A stretch of 60,397 bases of DNA, counting the filler, from Sphacelaria rigidula (taxonomy: Eukaryota): assembly GCA_964200075.2 (NCBI GenBank). It is 9 parts of 9 records of this genome, joined end to end, with 100 filler letters (N's around TTAATTAATTAA, not from the genome) between each part and the next. Parts side by side here need not be neighbours in the genome. Positions count along the whole stretch, not along the records: positions 47,056 to 53,676 come from CAXNAA020019000.1; positions 53,777 to 60,397 come from CAXNAA020019001.1; 7 more parts are not named here. One strand, 5' to 3'. Position numbers and translations under genes: made by a program. The number at the start of each line of letters is the position of its first letter. Position 1 is the first letter of the stretch. Shown here piece after piece: positions 49,340 to 60,397 of the stretch. Below the pieces are notes generated by a model. That model was not told the DNA's origin, made no database searches, and saw only the letters and a program-made list of their open reading frames with translations.

Positions 49340-49800
49340 ACTATTGTAGGCGTTTAGAAGCAGTAGATGGATCGACACACACACTGGCTTGCTCGCTCGC
49401 TCGCACGCACTGCTGGCACACATCGGAGGATGATCACCAAGAATATTGTACTTGAGTATGACAAGCGCACAGTAGCGTATGACGAATGGGACTAGAGTAT
49501 ATTATGGAAAAGACGCGACAGAGTACGACGAGACACTCACTGGAGTACTGTAACACGCACACTGGCGACATACATTGGATTATGACAAAAATATTGTACT
49601 TCAGTGTGACGAGCACACACCAGAGTATGGCGAATGACACTGAAGTATGACAAACACACGATGGACTACGATAACACACACAATGGCGACATACATTGGA
49701 GGATGACAAAAGCACTACAGTATTGTGAACGCACACTAGAGTATAACGCATACCACTGAAGCATGATAAACACACTGTAGAGGACGACAAAATCAATACA
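49340..49800 (+). repeat. Diverged tandem repeat region (CACAC..TGGCGACATACATTGGA..ATGACAAAA); partial duplicate at 48920-49020
   Basis: Recurring motifs seen by inspection. Confidence 0.6.
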
Positions 49801-50052
49801 TGGAACATGTCGTACGCGCACGTACGCCTTCACCCCCAGGTCCTCACCATTCCTTGAACTTTGTGTGTCCCCACCGAATACCCGCCCTCCCCCCCGCATG
49901 GAAGAAACGTAATGAGCACTGGAGTGTTGGAGATTTCTATATGAGGAGTAGGAACAGTGCTCCGTCTCGAAGAGGATGCGTGGCCTATGTTCAAACGACT
50001 AGGGCAAGCAACAAGTGAGTACCCCTCCCGCCCCTCACCCCCGCGGACGCAG

Positions 50053-50382
50053 CACACCAAACAACCAGGATACAACCATTTTTCAGGGTTTTTCGGGAGA
50101 GGCGTTTTTACTGCGGACGGGGAAGAGTGGCGAGCGAAGCGAGCCTCTGTCGTGCACGCTGTGTTCCGAGGGAAAACCAGCGCGCGAGCCGGCGCTGGGA
50201 CTGGTCCTCGAGATGATGTTGTGGCTGGAAGGAGAGACCTAGTTGGGAACGGTTCCCCGAACGTTTCAGGAGGGTTCGGAAACGGCTCGAAGGATTTGAC
50301 GGCACTAGCCAATGAGGAGGCAGATTTGATTCTGAGGGAGGTGGAGGAGGCGTTACGGTTGGAAGGCGGGGATGGGGACGAG
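50053..50382 (+). CDS. Cytochrome P450 internal exon (B'-C-D helix region)
   Basis: HTKQPGYNHFSGFFGRGVFTADGEEWRAKR contains the G.G.F.ADG..W...R (WxxxR) motif; GCAG| and GAG|GTGAGA sites, 330 nt phase 0-0. Confidence 0.88.
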
Positions 50383-51456
50383 GTGAGAGGACGGGCCAAG
50401 CAGGAATCTAAGTATATTGCTAATATTGCAAAGATGGTTGGGCTGCGGTGTCGTAGACTACGATGCATACGACCCCCTCCCTTTACAGGGTAAGGGATAA
50501 GTTCACGGGCAGTGAAGGGAAGCGGGGATCATGATCCAAATTACAGTCTCGTGATGGAGGGGTCGGGGAAGTCATGATGCAGTAGTATTTCGTGCGAGAA
50601 AGCAAGCAAGACGTTTCACGTGCGTGTGTAGGAATGTCAATACCTTCGTTGATTTCTTGATTACTTGATTGTCACAGTTTTTTTACTGGGCTGTTGAACT
50701 GTCTGTGCTTTCCTGTGAAACAATCATAAATGGGTGGAAGCTTCTATCTTGGGGCGCCGAGTCAATGTTGTCCCAAGTCACATGTCCGACACTTTTATCA
50801 CAGAGGGACACGAGCGAGGCCTACTGAGTAACATCGTGCAAATTGAAGACAACAGTCACGGATACATTACTCTGCAGCTGCAGCGTCCGTCTCCTTCTCC
50901 CCTAAAACGCACAGGTCTGGATTCATCGGATGCTATCATAGGTGTCGTGTGTGCTGTCATCTCATCTATTCTGGACGCCAGTCTACACGTTTTGGTCTAT
51001 ATATGTGGCTGCATCAGCCGGGGTCACACAAGAGTTTTTTTTCGTCTCTTTTATTTGTTTTAGTGCTTCACCTTCCCCGTGTGGTGTAAATAGCAGTTTC
51101 GTACCTGATACAAGGTAGTGTCCTATTCCAAGGGGCTGCAACCTTTCCCTTAAGGCGCCGTTTTAAGGAGACAAGAATAGTGAGAACGCGCTGTGAGAGT
51201 GTGGGTGGTTCTGGCGGTTTTTATGATATTTTTTTTTGGCGTTCCGATTGGTTGGGAGCTGATAGGTAACCAATTGGAAGGGCGAAAGAAAACAAAATCA
51301 TGAAAAATGCCAGGATCACTTTCGTGGTGCGTTCTCACTTTTCTTGTCTTGTTGAAACAGGCCCCAACCCTTTTGGGACCGGACTCCCACAAAACCACGG
51401 GTGAACACCTGGTTTCCACGCAGGGTCCATTTGTGAGTCGGCATCATTCTCGAGGC

Positions 51457-51760
51457 TAGTTAACCGGCGTTGGGCTACAAATTGACACATTTTTATAACC
51501 ATCGCTACCCCTAACCTCAACCCGAACCCAACGCATACCGAGAACCCTCGGGCAAGGGCGGTACATACACTCCCCGGGCAAAGTGCGGCCTTGGTAGACA
51601 ACAAAACGGCGCCTGTGGCGCCGATTCGAACGAAAACGCCTTCTGCGCACCCGAGGAGCACACGGGACTGTCAGCCCCACTATACTTCCGATTGTCGTCG
51701 TGCACACTAAAATCAATTAATATCATTCATGGACATTTGTAGCCCAACGCCGGTTAACCC
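51457..51760. mobile_element. MITE with ~24-bp TIRs and a CCCTAA-like cassette; core related to 20841-21159
   Basis: GTTAACCGGCGTTGGGCTACAAAT inverted at both ends; ACCCCTAACCTCAACCCGAACCCAA at ~51507-51531. Confidence 0.85.
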
Positions 51761-52299
51761 TGCTGTCATTTTCAGTCGTTTTGTTTTCGAGTGAAAATGA
51801 TGCCGATTCGCTATAGACCCTCATCCCCCGGTTCGTCTACTCCGGCCCCAAAGGGATCTAGCACGTTCGAAAAACTCCAAGGGTGGGACGAATGAATGTT
51901 TCGTCTGGAAATTCCTTGATTTTAGTGTCATTGGTTCTTACTTGCAACTTTGTTTGCAACCTCGTATGCCCGCCAGGTGCGCGCAGCCCAGTCACGTGGA
52001 AAACGCGCAAATATTGCGGAGAGACCTTTTTTGGCTAGCGGTCAATTTTTTCCTTCTTTTTCTTTCGAGCAATCAGGCCTGAAAAATTGTGGATTTGGTG
52101 ATTCGAACCGGCGATGATCCGGCCGAACCGGCAAAAACTCATGAAATCTACCTCCGGAGCGGTGAGGAAGCAGCGCAGGTCACAAAATGTAGGTGGCAAG
52201 TCGACAGGGAGATCTTGAAAGGCAAAAAAGCTTGAAAATCCAACAACGGTGTCGGCCCCAACACCAGCGACAACTACGCGTTGCTTCTTATAAAATTTT

Positions 52300-52695
52300 C
52301 AGGGCTTTACACGTTTCACGTGCCATAGCGTTACACGTTACGTTCACGTAACGTTTTGGCCGAAACGTTACGTGAACGTTAATTTGTTTTCACGCGATGA
52401 ACGTAACGTTAAATTTTCTAATGTAACGTTAACGTAACGGTATTTTTTCATCACGTGATGGACGTGACGTGAACGTCAACGTGTACATGTATAGCAAGGA
52501 CTGTACACGTTACACCTGCCATAGCGTTACACGTTACGTTCACGTTACGTTTTGGCCGAGAGTAACGTGAACTTTGAATGATTTTCACGTGATGAACGAA
52601 ACGTCATTTTTTTAGATGTGACGTTAACGTAACGTTAATCTTTTTTCACGTGATGAACGTCACGTGAACGTGAACGTGTAACGTGTATAGCCCTG
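52300..52695. mobile_element. hAT-like MITE, head-to-tail dimer of an ACGT-rich ~195-bp unit
   Basis: CAGGGCTWTACACGTT TIRs; 8-bp flanks AAAATTTT / AAAAATTT; two internal copies starting TGCCATAGCGTTACACGTTACGTTCACG. Confidence 0.85.
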
Positions 52696-55652
52696 AAAAA
52701 TTTAATTACGCAAATGTTCTGCACCCTCGACAATTTTTGGTGAATATTTGCAATGGAACCAAAGTGTACTGCGTAAAGTATAGGCCTATCGCGACTGTTG
52801 GCAATATGTGGCCAATAGTTGCAGTAGAAGTAAACTGTACTGCGTAAGGTATAGGCCTATCGCAACCAATATATTACTAGTTACTGTATGCCTTTACGTT
52901 ACGCAGTGCAATTTCCTTCTATTGCAACTATTGACCACATGCTTTTCCAGAGGGTTGAATGCTCGCCACCTCTCTTCAACTGAACGAACGCTATTTTGTT
53001 TTGCTCCAAATGTTGTTCTGGTAAAATTGTCACCTACAATGCATACACCTTCGTACGCCATATTAGTTCAAATAATGTATATAATGGTATATATGAAACG
53101 TTGAGACGTCTAACATGCTCCTCTGGTGTAGTGTCAAGCTAACTTGAGGCTTGTGGATGGGGATCTGATATTCATGACATCAAAACGACGGACATGTACA
53201 CTTTTCCTCCTGCTTTTGTATCTTGCTATTGTATCCTGCCGGACGGTGGTAGAAGATGAGTATATGCGTTTATAGTTGCATGCATACCTTCTTCAAAACA
53301 CCGGCGGGAAGCCAGTAGTACCTGTCGACGACCCATCATAGCTCTCGCGTGAGATGATGCCTCCATGTATTCTTTTCATCCGTGTTTGTTTTGTTCATCA
53401 TTTTATTTATTTCATCCCGAGTGTTTCGTATTATCTTCTAGAATATATTCACAGCCCCCCCCCCCCCCTATGGAGATGATCGCACCACGTGGTGTTTAAA
53501 TGGTGAGACATCCATGAGGTAGTGTGTAAGCCGTGACTGTCTCTGGAAGTGGCGATAGCAGAATATGAAGCAACTCGTTGGAGGCTGCCATCCAAATGCA
53601 AGATAATCGGTGCGCTTCGGGCCAAACAATCTTAGCAGGATGCAGCTCACCCTTCATGCGACTCGCGGAACACACCNNNNNNNNNNNNNNNNNNNNNNNN
53701 NNNNNNNNNNNNNNNNNNNNTTAATTAATTAANNNNNNNNNNNNNNNNNNNNNNNNNNNNNNNNNNNNNNNNNNNNGGCTTTTCCCATTTCGATATACGT
53801 GAACATTTTGCCTCCCAGAGCCATGCACTTTTGGGGGGGGGGGGCTGTCGTAGAAAGTGTCATAACTTGGCCTATTCAAACGCAGCCGCTTCTCGTCGAC
53901 ACGTGCGATTTGAATCTGGTGTGTATACCAAAAGCTACCCCTTACCTGTGGAATCCGAATCCAGTACAATTGTATACAAGGAACAGTTTTCAGTATTCCT
54001 TGCCTGCTAACCTGTGTGACCCTTGTACATGGTGCACGTGCACAACCTGAAGGTTGACTGTAACAACCCGGGCACACGGGACATCAAGTCGCCCCAGTCA
54101 CTTCATCTGGGTACGTCATGGCGAAACGTAATTTCTTGTAGAGCGGTGGGACTTCTTTCTTTACTTTGGTAGCAGTAGCAGTAGTGGTGAGTAGAAATGG
54201 GTGCGATTGCGTATATGAGACGAATGGTCAGTTGTGCCAGAGGCAGTATGGGCGACTGTGCTCGTATTTCCTCGTTCTGGGTGCGCACTCATGTGCGGCT
54301 GGAAAAGGAAGGGTCGCAATAGCTCTATGCTCAATTGACACATCATGACGCTGTTCGGCCAGCGTTTGACAATTTTTCCGGGGAAAAGTAATCGGCGTGT
54401 ACATTGCCGGCGTTGATGACGCACGGTATGTCCCGCAAGCACGCCCGATGATCAGCCACATGACCTTCGCGGTCTGCGAGTGATCTGATATCCGTATGAC
54501 TCGTGGCCTATACACACTTGTCGGCTGGTGATCTGAAGAAGTCACCTGGGCTTGATAATGATCTATATGGCCCGGGTTGGTTGTACTAGGTGTTCTATGA
54601 GAGATTGTGATGCTCCGTTTTATTCGTATATCGCCTCCGTAGAAACACCTGTGTAATCCGAATCAGGTGTACTCAACACGCCGATAACAACCTGTGATAC
54701 CGTCATGACTCGTACAAGATACCTCCCTCGTGATGGATGATACCCCAAAATCGGGAACCGTTTCATGATTATTTGCACTGTGTCATCCGAATCGTGTACA
54801 CAAATGTGTTCACACTCTACCTGTATAACCCGGGTGACACAGATAATGATCTATACGACGTGTGCAATGTTTCCTTGGACTACTCCGGAACGCACAACAT
54901 GTTATTTGCTGAGGTATTCTGTAGCGGCTTCGGGGGTTCCCAGCGTGAAGACCCTCGGAAGCTGGTAAAGGGCGGAGGAACAAAGAAATATGGTTGAACA
55001 TATTTTCTCATTGAGAGCACCAATGCCTACCGAGCTACTAAATTTGACGGTGATCGGCGCTTTTCAACGACGGATATAAGGAACCGAAAGGAGGCTTTCT
55101 GGGTCTTTGATGCCCATCATAAGTGAAAATCCGACAACGCCAAAACCCCATGCATGAAAATACCACGTTGTTGGGTATTATTTGGTCTTCAAATTGTTCA
55201 GGAATTGAAAATACCGCTCCCCAAGGTAATTTCGCCCTTAGCATCATCCTTATGGCCTTAACTCCTTGGCTACGAAGGTAGTCCATCTGGATCATGCATA
55301 CTTTTTCAGGTGAGATTGAAGCCTATTCAACAGATGGCCTATGCTCGCCGTCGAAGGTTTGACCAAAACTCCGGCCGCGTCACCCTCTTCAGTTGTCACT
55401 GGCGGTCAGCATGATGCCATGTATGCGACTTTTGGGTAGGTGTCACGAAAGGCATTTGCTGACGAGCGAAGTTGAGATGATGAGTGCGAATTAACTTGTA
55501 GCGTCTGCTGAAATACACAATGCAATCCAGTACTCATTTTCTCATCGCTCCAGCAGAGATACAGTACAGTAGACCGAAATCATCCGAGACGCACAGATAA
55601 TTGTGCCCAAAGCGAAGGCTGAAACCGACTTGATTACTTCAATATCCGCACG

Positions 55653-55822
55653 ACTGTGCCCAGAATGTCATGCCGCGTGCACCACCAGCAAAGGCTCAGC
55701 GTTGGAGGTCACCCACCAGCATGCCCCTTAGTATAGGCAATACTGTGCCCAGAATGCCACGCCGCGTGCACCAGACGTAAAGGCTCAGCCTTTAAAGTCA
55801 CACACCAGCACACCCCTACTTA
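55653..55822 (+). repeat. Tandem duplication, ~89-bp unit
   Basis: ACTGTGCCCAGAATG.CA.GCCGCGTGCACCA...AAAGGCTCAGC...GTCAC.CACCAGCA twice. Confidence 0.85.
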
Positions 55823-56746
55823 TTGAATTATCAGACTGGCGACACCCACTATGCCGGTAGGAACTAGACGTGCGAGCTTGCGTTGCAACAAAACAAGCAC
55901 ACCACCTACTCGCTCTGCAAGTGAGTGATGCTGCGCACTGACCACAGCGTAGAGAGTAGATGTATGTACGATAACACAGGAAGTATCGTAAAATGTCCAA
56001 GCCTGTAGTTGACCGACTGCAGCATAGTATAGACGATTGGGCTTTCATCGCCCTTGACACTGGTGTGCTTACTCGGCCTGTACAAACTTGCATGTCGTAG
56101 ACATTGCTGTTTCCACGATTAGTGATAGTTCTATCTCAATGCCCCTGATGTTTGCCCCGCACCGTCGCACAATATTACGCTGTCTTTTTTAGTACCGATG
56201 ATATGGTATCCTTGATCTTTCTTGCATTATCTACTGATTCGACTACTGCCGGGGAGTGTGTGTGTATGTGTGTGTGTGTTGCCGTCCCATCTATGCTGGA
56301 CACCGATCTACACCTTTCGGAATGTGTGGGCGCACCAGCCGTGCGCATGTAATGTGCTGTCTTCAAATGTAAGTACGGGACAAGTCGCGCTTGGTCGTAC
56401 TCAACATTTCGTCGTAACCAACGAGAAAACCCTTAGCAAGAGTAGGAGCAGCAGTGTGCAAAGCAAACGTCCACCTATACCACCCGTCATCGGACTTCTG
56501 CACTACTCGTATTGCTCTGACTGTACCGTTGTGATCGAACTTGGTTAGACATCAAAACTGACTCCGATGGAGTCAGCGCGTATACCCGTGCGAGCATTCC
56601 GAGGGTGTGCCGCATGATTCCGGTGTACCCTTTTCAGAACAAAAACAAGAAAACTCAACATTAGATCAAAACGCGAATAGCATCGCCAACGTAGCCACAC
56701 TACCACAACGAATAGCATCTCAACTACCCCTTCCTCCCGATCTCAC

Positions 56747-57334
56747 CTCAGTCGCAAAGGCAGCACCCCTACCACCCGCAAGCACAACACCAGCAGCAGC
56801 GGCCAATCCAACGCCCTTGACAGCGAAGTTCAGCATTTGCCCGCGTGTCATCGATCCCCCCCCATAAGCAATATTGGCTCCGACCACTGAATCATCACTA
56901 GACAGCACCGTTGGCTTCACTCGTCGAACATCTACATCCGTATTAGATGTCCCCCCCGCTCCAGTGGTGCCTCCGTTCTTTACTCCAACAGGGCCCTCGT
57001 GCGGGGCATCATCGTGCATGTTTCCTGTACGGCCTGTGTTGGAGGGGTGGCTTGAAAGATGAGTGTTGCATCTCGGGCGGACCTTTATTGCTTCCTCGCT
57101 TGCTGTCAGAAACCACGGCGATCTACGGCTGTATCCTGGAAGACAAGTCTTGAGAGATCGGGGTGCTATCGTCGAGCCTCGGAACTTGCTGCTGCGTACG
57201 TTGCCGTGAGCAAAGGCTAATCGCGGCCGAGACGCCTGTGTCCCAGCCAAGTACGTCCTTGAACCTCTGACGCTGTACCTATTCTGCATCAATGATATCG
57301 CGGTCAAAAAACAGCAGCCGTGCACAGCGACCAT
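56747..57334 (-). CDS. Probable first coding exon of a nucleus-encoded plastid (thylakoid-lumen-type) protein
   Basis: 196 open codons from MVAVHG to a GAG|GTGAGA donor; S/R/T-rich transit-like region, then TRGQMLNFAVKGVGLAAAAGVVLAGGRGAAFA-TE (basic, hydrophobic, A-x-A). Start codon uncertain. Confidence 0.65.
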
Positions 57335-57987
57335 GTTGCTGAGTGGCTTCCTCTTTCCAGGCACATGGCACTGCCGCCCTCTGGATCGCCTCATACTTCG
57401 TGTAAGATGGCGGGGTATACAACACACGTTAGCGGTACCCCGCACTGCGCTGCACTGTCTGTACTTACCTGTGATATATCGAGTCGTTTGGACTGAAACA
57501 GCAAGGCTCCAACAAGCTTCCGGGCGAGTCATTTTCCATTTTTTCCACTTCCGTCGTTATCTTCATCTCTTGATCAGGGCGTGCATTTATCCTCGTAGCA
57601 GTGTCAGACAACAACACCATCTCCAACCGGCGTAGAACAGACAGTATGGTGCAGATATACAGTATTATACACGATATGTACAAGAATAGGTACTACCGCA
57701 AAGAAAAACTGTCCAATTTCAGGGCTACCTCTTCAAGCACCGTCGAAGTTGTCGTTGTCTGTCTTTGTACTGCTGCAACGAACGGATGTTTATACGCGAG
57801 ACAAAACCACCACTACCGATATACGTATAGTAGTCAGCATCATCAGAAGTTTTCGGAATTTGTTCTTGTCCTTTCTTCTAACTTCTTTTGGAGTACCGTT
57901 CTTCACTACGACTTCAAAGTGCCAGCGCCGATAGATTTAGGGAGAAAGCGTAGGCCGCGCTCGAACTGCAGTGCTCACGTTCATGTT

Positions 57988-58430
57988 TTTGGGGCGATAC
58001 GGACTTGATACCCCGTTTGTCAGGAGGGTGTTATTGACCGTTTGTGGTCCAACATAAGCACTTTCCCGCTCTTCAGCGACGAAACGGTAAATATTTAGAT
58101 AAATTAATACACATAAAATTCTTCACAATAACGGTCGAGATCGTGTTTCCCTCCTATACTGCACAGACCTCAGTCTAGCATTTTCTGCGGATGGCCTATT
58201 TTCGGGGGGGTGGTTTCGCATATCATTTTCCATATGCACTCGAAAGTGCTAGCGTCGATAGTTTTGGCAAAGTAAGCAAACCGTGCTCAGATCACAATCG
58301 CCCAGTTGGTGTTGTGGGGGCGATACCGGGTAAAGACCCCGTTTACCAGGAGGGTGTTATTGACCGTAAATGGTCCAAGAAACATAGTTTTCCTGCTTTG
58401 GCGCAGTGACTAGGTGGAATTTTTTAAAAA
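57988..58430 (+). repeat. Two diverged direct repeats ~325 bp apart
   Basis: GGGGCGATAC.G....A.ACCCCGTTT..CAGGAGGGTGTTATTGACCGT...TGGTCCAA at ~57991 and ~58317. Confidence 0.8.
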
Positions 58431-59368
58431 AAGAGTCTTCACTTATACAATCCGGATCGAGTCGGTCCACCGACGACACCGAAGAGCTAGAGCCTGGGGT
58501 CGTATTTTCGCAGGACCCCCGACGATCAGTCAAGCCCGTAAGTCACTCATAATTGATCGCAGATGAGTTTTCTTTCAATATTTGTCAAGGGGATTCAACT
58601 ATCTCCGGATGTCCATTTTTTGGCACCCAACAGTCACTGTGATGAGCGGTGGCAAGCAAAACCAATTTGGACAATCTTTGAGAAACTAAGAAATTATGGA
58701 TTCTGCATACTTCTGATGATGCTGACTACTGTATACGGTAGTTTGCGATAGTAGTAGTAGTAAGTATTGCGGCGCATTTGATTTGGCGATGGGCGGCTGC
58801 GCAGCGTTGCGCGAGTATCATAAGTGTAGCAGGTGGGTATACTCCGTAGCAGCTTCGTGGTAAACACAGACAGTACGGTCAGAAACTTTGAATCTTGCCT
58901 TCATAGGAGGAGTGTATATTGTATATTGATTGACGTTGCTCTAATATTCTCATTCGTACTTACGCACTTCTCCCCTTACATCGCGAAAGTGAACGAGGTT
59001 GAGCGTTAAAAGAGGTTCAACTCTAAAGCAATACTTTCCCAAACCCAGAGTAATGACAAATGACTGTCATGTGGACGACCTCATGCCCCCCGACCTCCCT
59101 GCAACCATTTTGGGGGGTTTCCTGTCTTCCGTCCTCTCAAAGGGTGCGTGCGAAAGCATCACTTTCGGAATGAAAAAAATACCCCTTTTTCTCACCTCAA
59201 AATCGGGGCAAAAGAATATGCATGCTTTGGGCATAGAGTCTAGGGGAGGGATTGGAAGACAGGAATCTCCAAGGGTCTGTCGAAAATCGATTTCCGGACA
59301 CGTAGGTCCCAAGATTGAGAATTTGACTTTTTGAGGGGGGGGGGGACACCCAGCCTGCTGTCCCCTAC

Positions 59369-59470
59369 CTTATTGCCGAGGCGATGGCGGATGCGGTCGC
59401 AGCTGTCGTGCACGTTGATCCTTGGCAGCATTGAGACCGCTGAGATGGCGGACACGCCGCCCCCCCCAAC
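59369..59470 (-). CDS. Possible internal exon (VGGGGVSAISAVSMLPRINVHDSCDRIRHRLGNK), unknown protein
   Basis: GC-rich 102 nt between CAG| and AAG|GTAGG; weak pyrimidine tract. Confidence 0.3.
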
Positions 59471-60397
59471 CTGATCGCTTACCATGATTACATGAATGTT
59501 ATCATATTCCGTGTCGTGTGCCTTGCTGTACTCGTTGAGGCGATTTCAGCACATACATGTGTACGCGTCTTCCATGCAGCCGCAGTTGCTTTTTTGCTCG
59601 AATCTGTATTATCCTCGAAGACCGGTCAAGTCCAGACAACTCTTGAAAATATTTCTCGACTACCTGGCCGGTTTCCGAGAAAAATAACAGGTCTTCGAGA
59701 AAAACAAGTTTGAGCATTAAAACAATTACGGCCACCTGGAAACGCACAGGTGTGCTGGAACCGTCTCAACGAGAACAGCAAGGCATTCCAAGGTGTCAAA
59801 ACCCGCCCAGCTCTCTTTTAGGGCGTGAAACGACGTAGAAGCCCCCAAAAGGAACTTTTCCAGATTTCATTTTTGTCTACCGTAAAAAGCGGGCTAAGGA
59901 GCGGCCTCAGACCACCACAATTCTCACGGGGCCTAACGTGCAAAACAATTCAAAAGAGCTTATTTTGACCCTTCGGCTGCGTTTCCGCGTGAACCGACGG
60001 CACGGCGAGCCAGCTGTGCTCCGCCCTACACTCCCTCTATCCCATAATTTTGCTTGGCTGTGTTTGTACGGGCCCATAACGGTTCGTGTTCGATTTCTTT
60101 CACGTTCGTTCTATTATCGCTATCTTTGGCGTCTTTCGGGTTCGAAACATTCGGTTTTGAGTTGTTTTTGTGACGCGAACTTGATGACATCCATGGTCAC
60201 ACCTTTCGAGCGGCTATTACGCAGATATGATTTATTGGTTGTCCTTGACGTGCACTATTTATTCATGTCATGTTTTTACCCCCTCCCCTACCTCGGGACT
60301 TGCTCCGTCTCGAAAGGGATGCGTGGTCAATGATCAAACGACTAAGGCAAGCAACAAATGAGTACGAGGTACGACCCGCCATCCTCGAAGCGCACGA

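Noticed and set aside
51460..51757. piggyBac assignment from TTAA on both sides
   Set aside because: The related element at 20841-21159 has TTTA at the same position inside its TIR, so TTAA is probably part of the TIR rather than a TSD.
9559..57334. Functional gene cluster (BBS4, WSC, P450, plastid protein) or nested antisense genes
   Set aside because: Each lies on a different concatenated contig.

Overview
Repeat-rich eukaryotic nuclear DNA, most likely from a brown alga (Phaeophyceae). That assignment is an inference from the small exons in long TE-filled introns, a WSC-domain gene, a flagellar BBS4 gene, a stramenopile-type plastid presequence and W-x-x-D Gypsy RT. The window is NOT one locus. 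It is nine contigs of near-identical, decreasing length (6623, 6623, 6622 x4, 6621 x3) joined by eight identical 100-nt linkers (44 N + TTAATTAATTAA + 44 N), so no adjacency across a linker is meaningful. Host gene pieces: the last three exons of BBS4, a terminal WSC-domain exon, a cytochrome P450 exon, an MBT/Tudor-like exon, two or three exons of a coiled-coil protein, the first exon of a probable thylakoid-targeted protein, and a 15-nt micro-exon. Mobile DNA: a decayed Ty3/Gypsy element with its 5' LTR, tRNA-derived SINEs with swapped head/body modules, RTE-like LINE ends, and many MITE families (piggyBac-like TTAA, hAT-like, 4-bp-TSD Sola-like, TGT..ACA Ginger-like). Several MITEs carry telomere-like TTAGGG cassettes. 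There are also decayed Cys-rich ORFs, one with tandem PHD-like motifs. I found no convincing new multi-gene system. The best leads concern transposon architecture.
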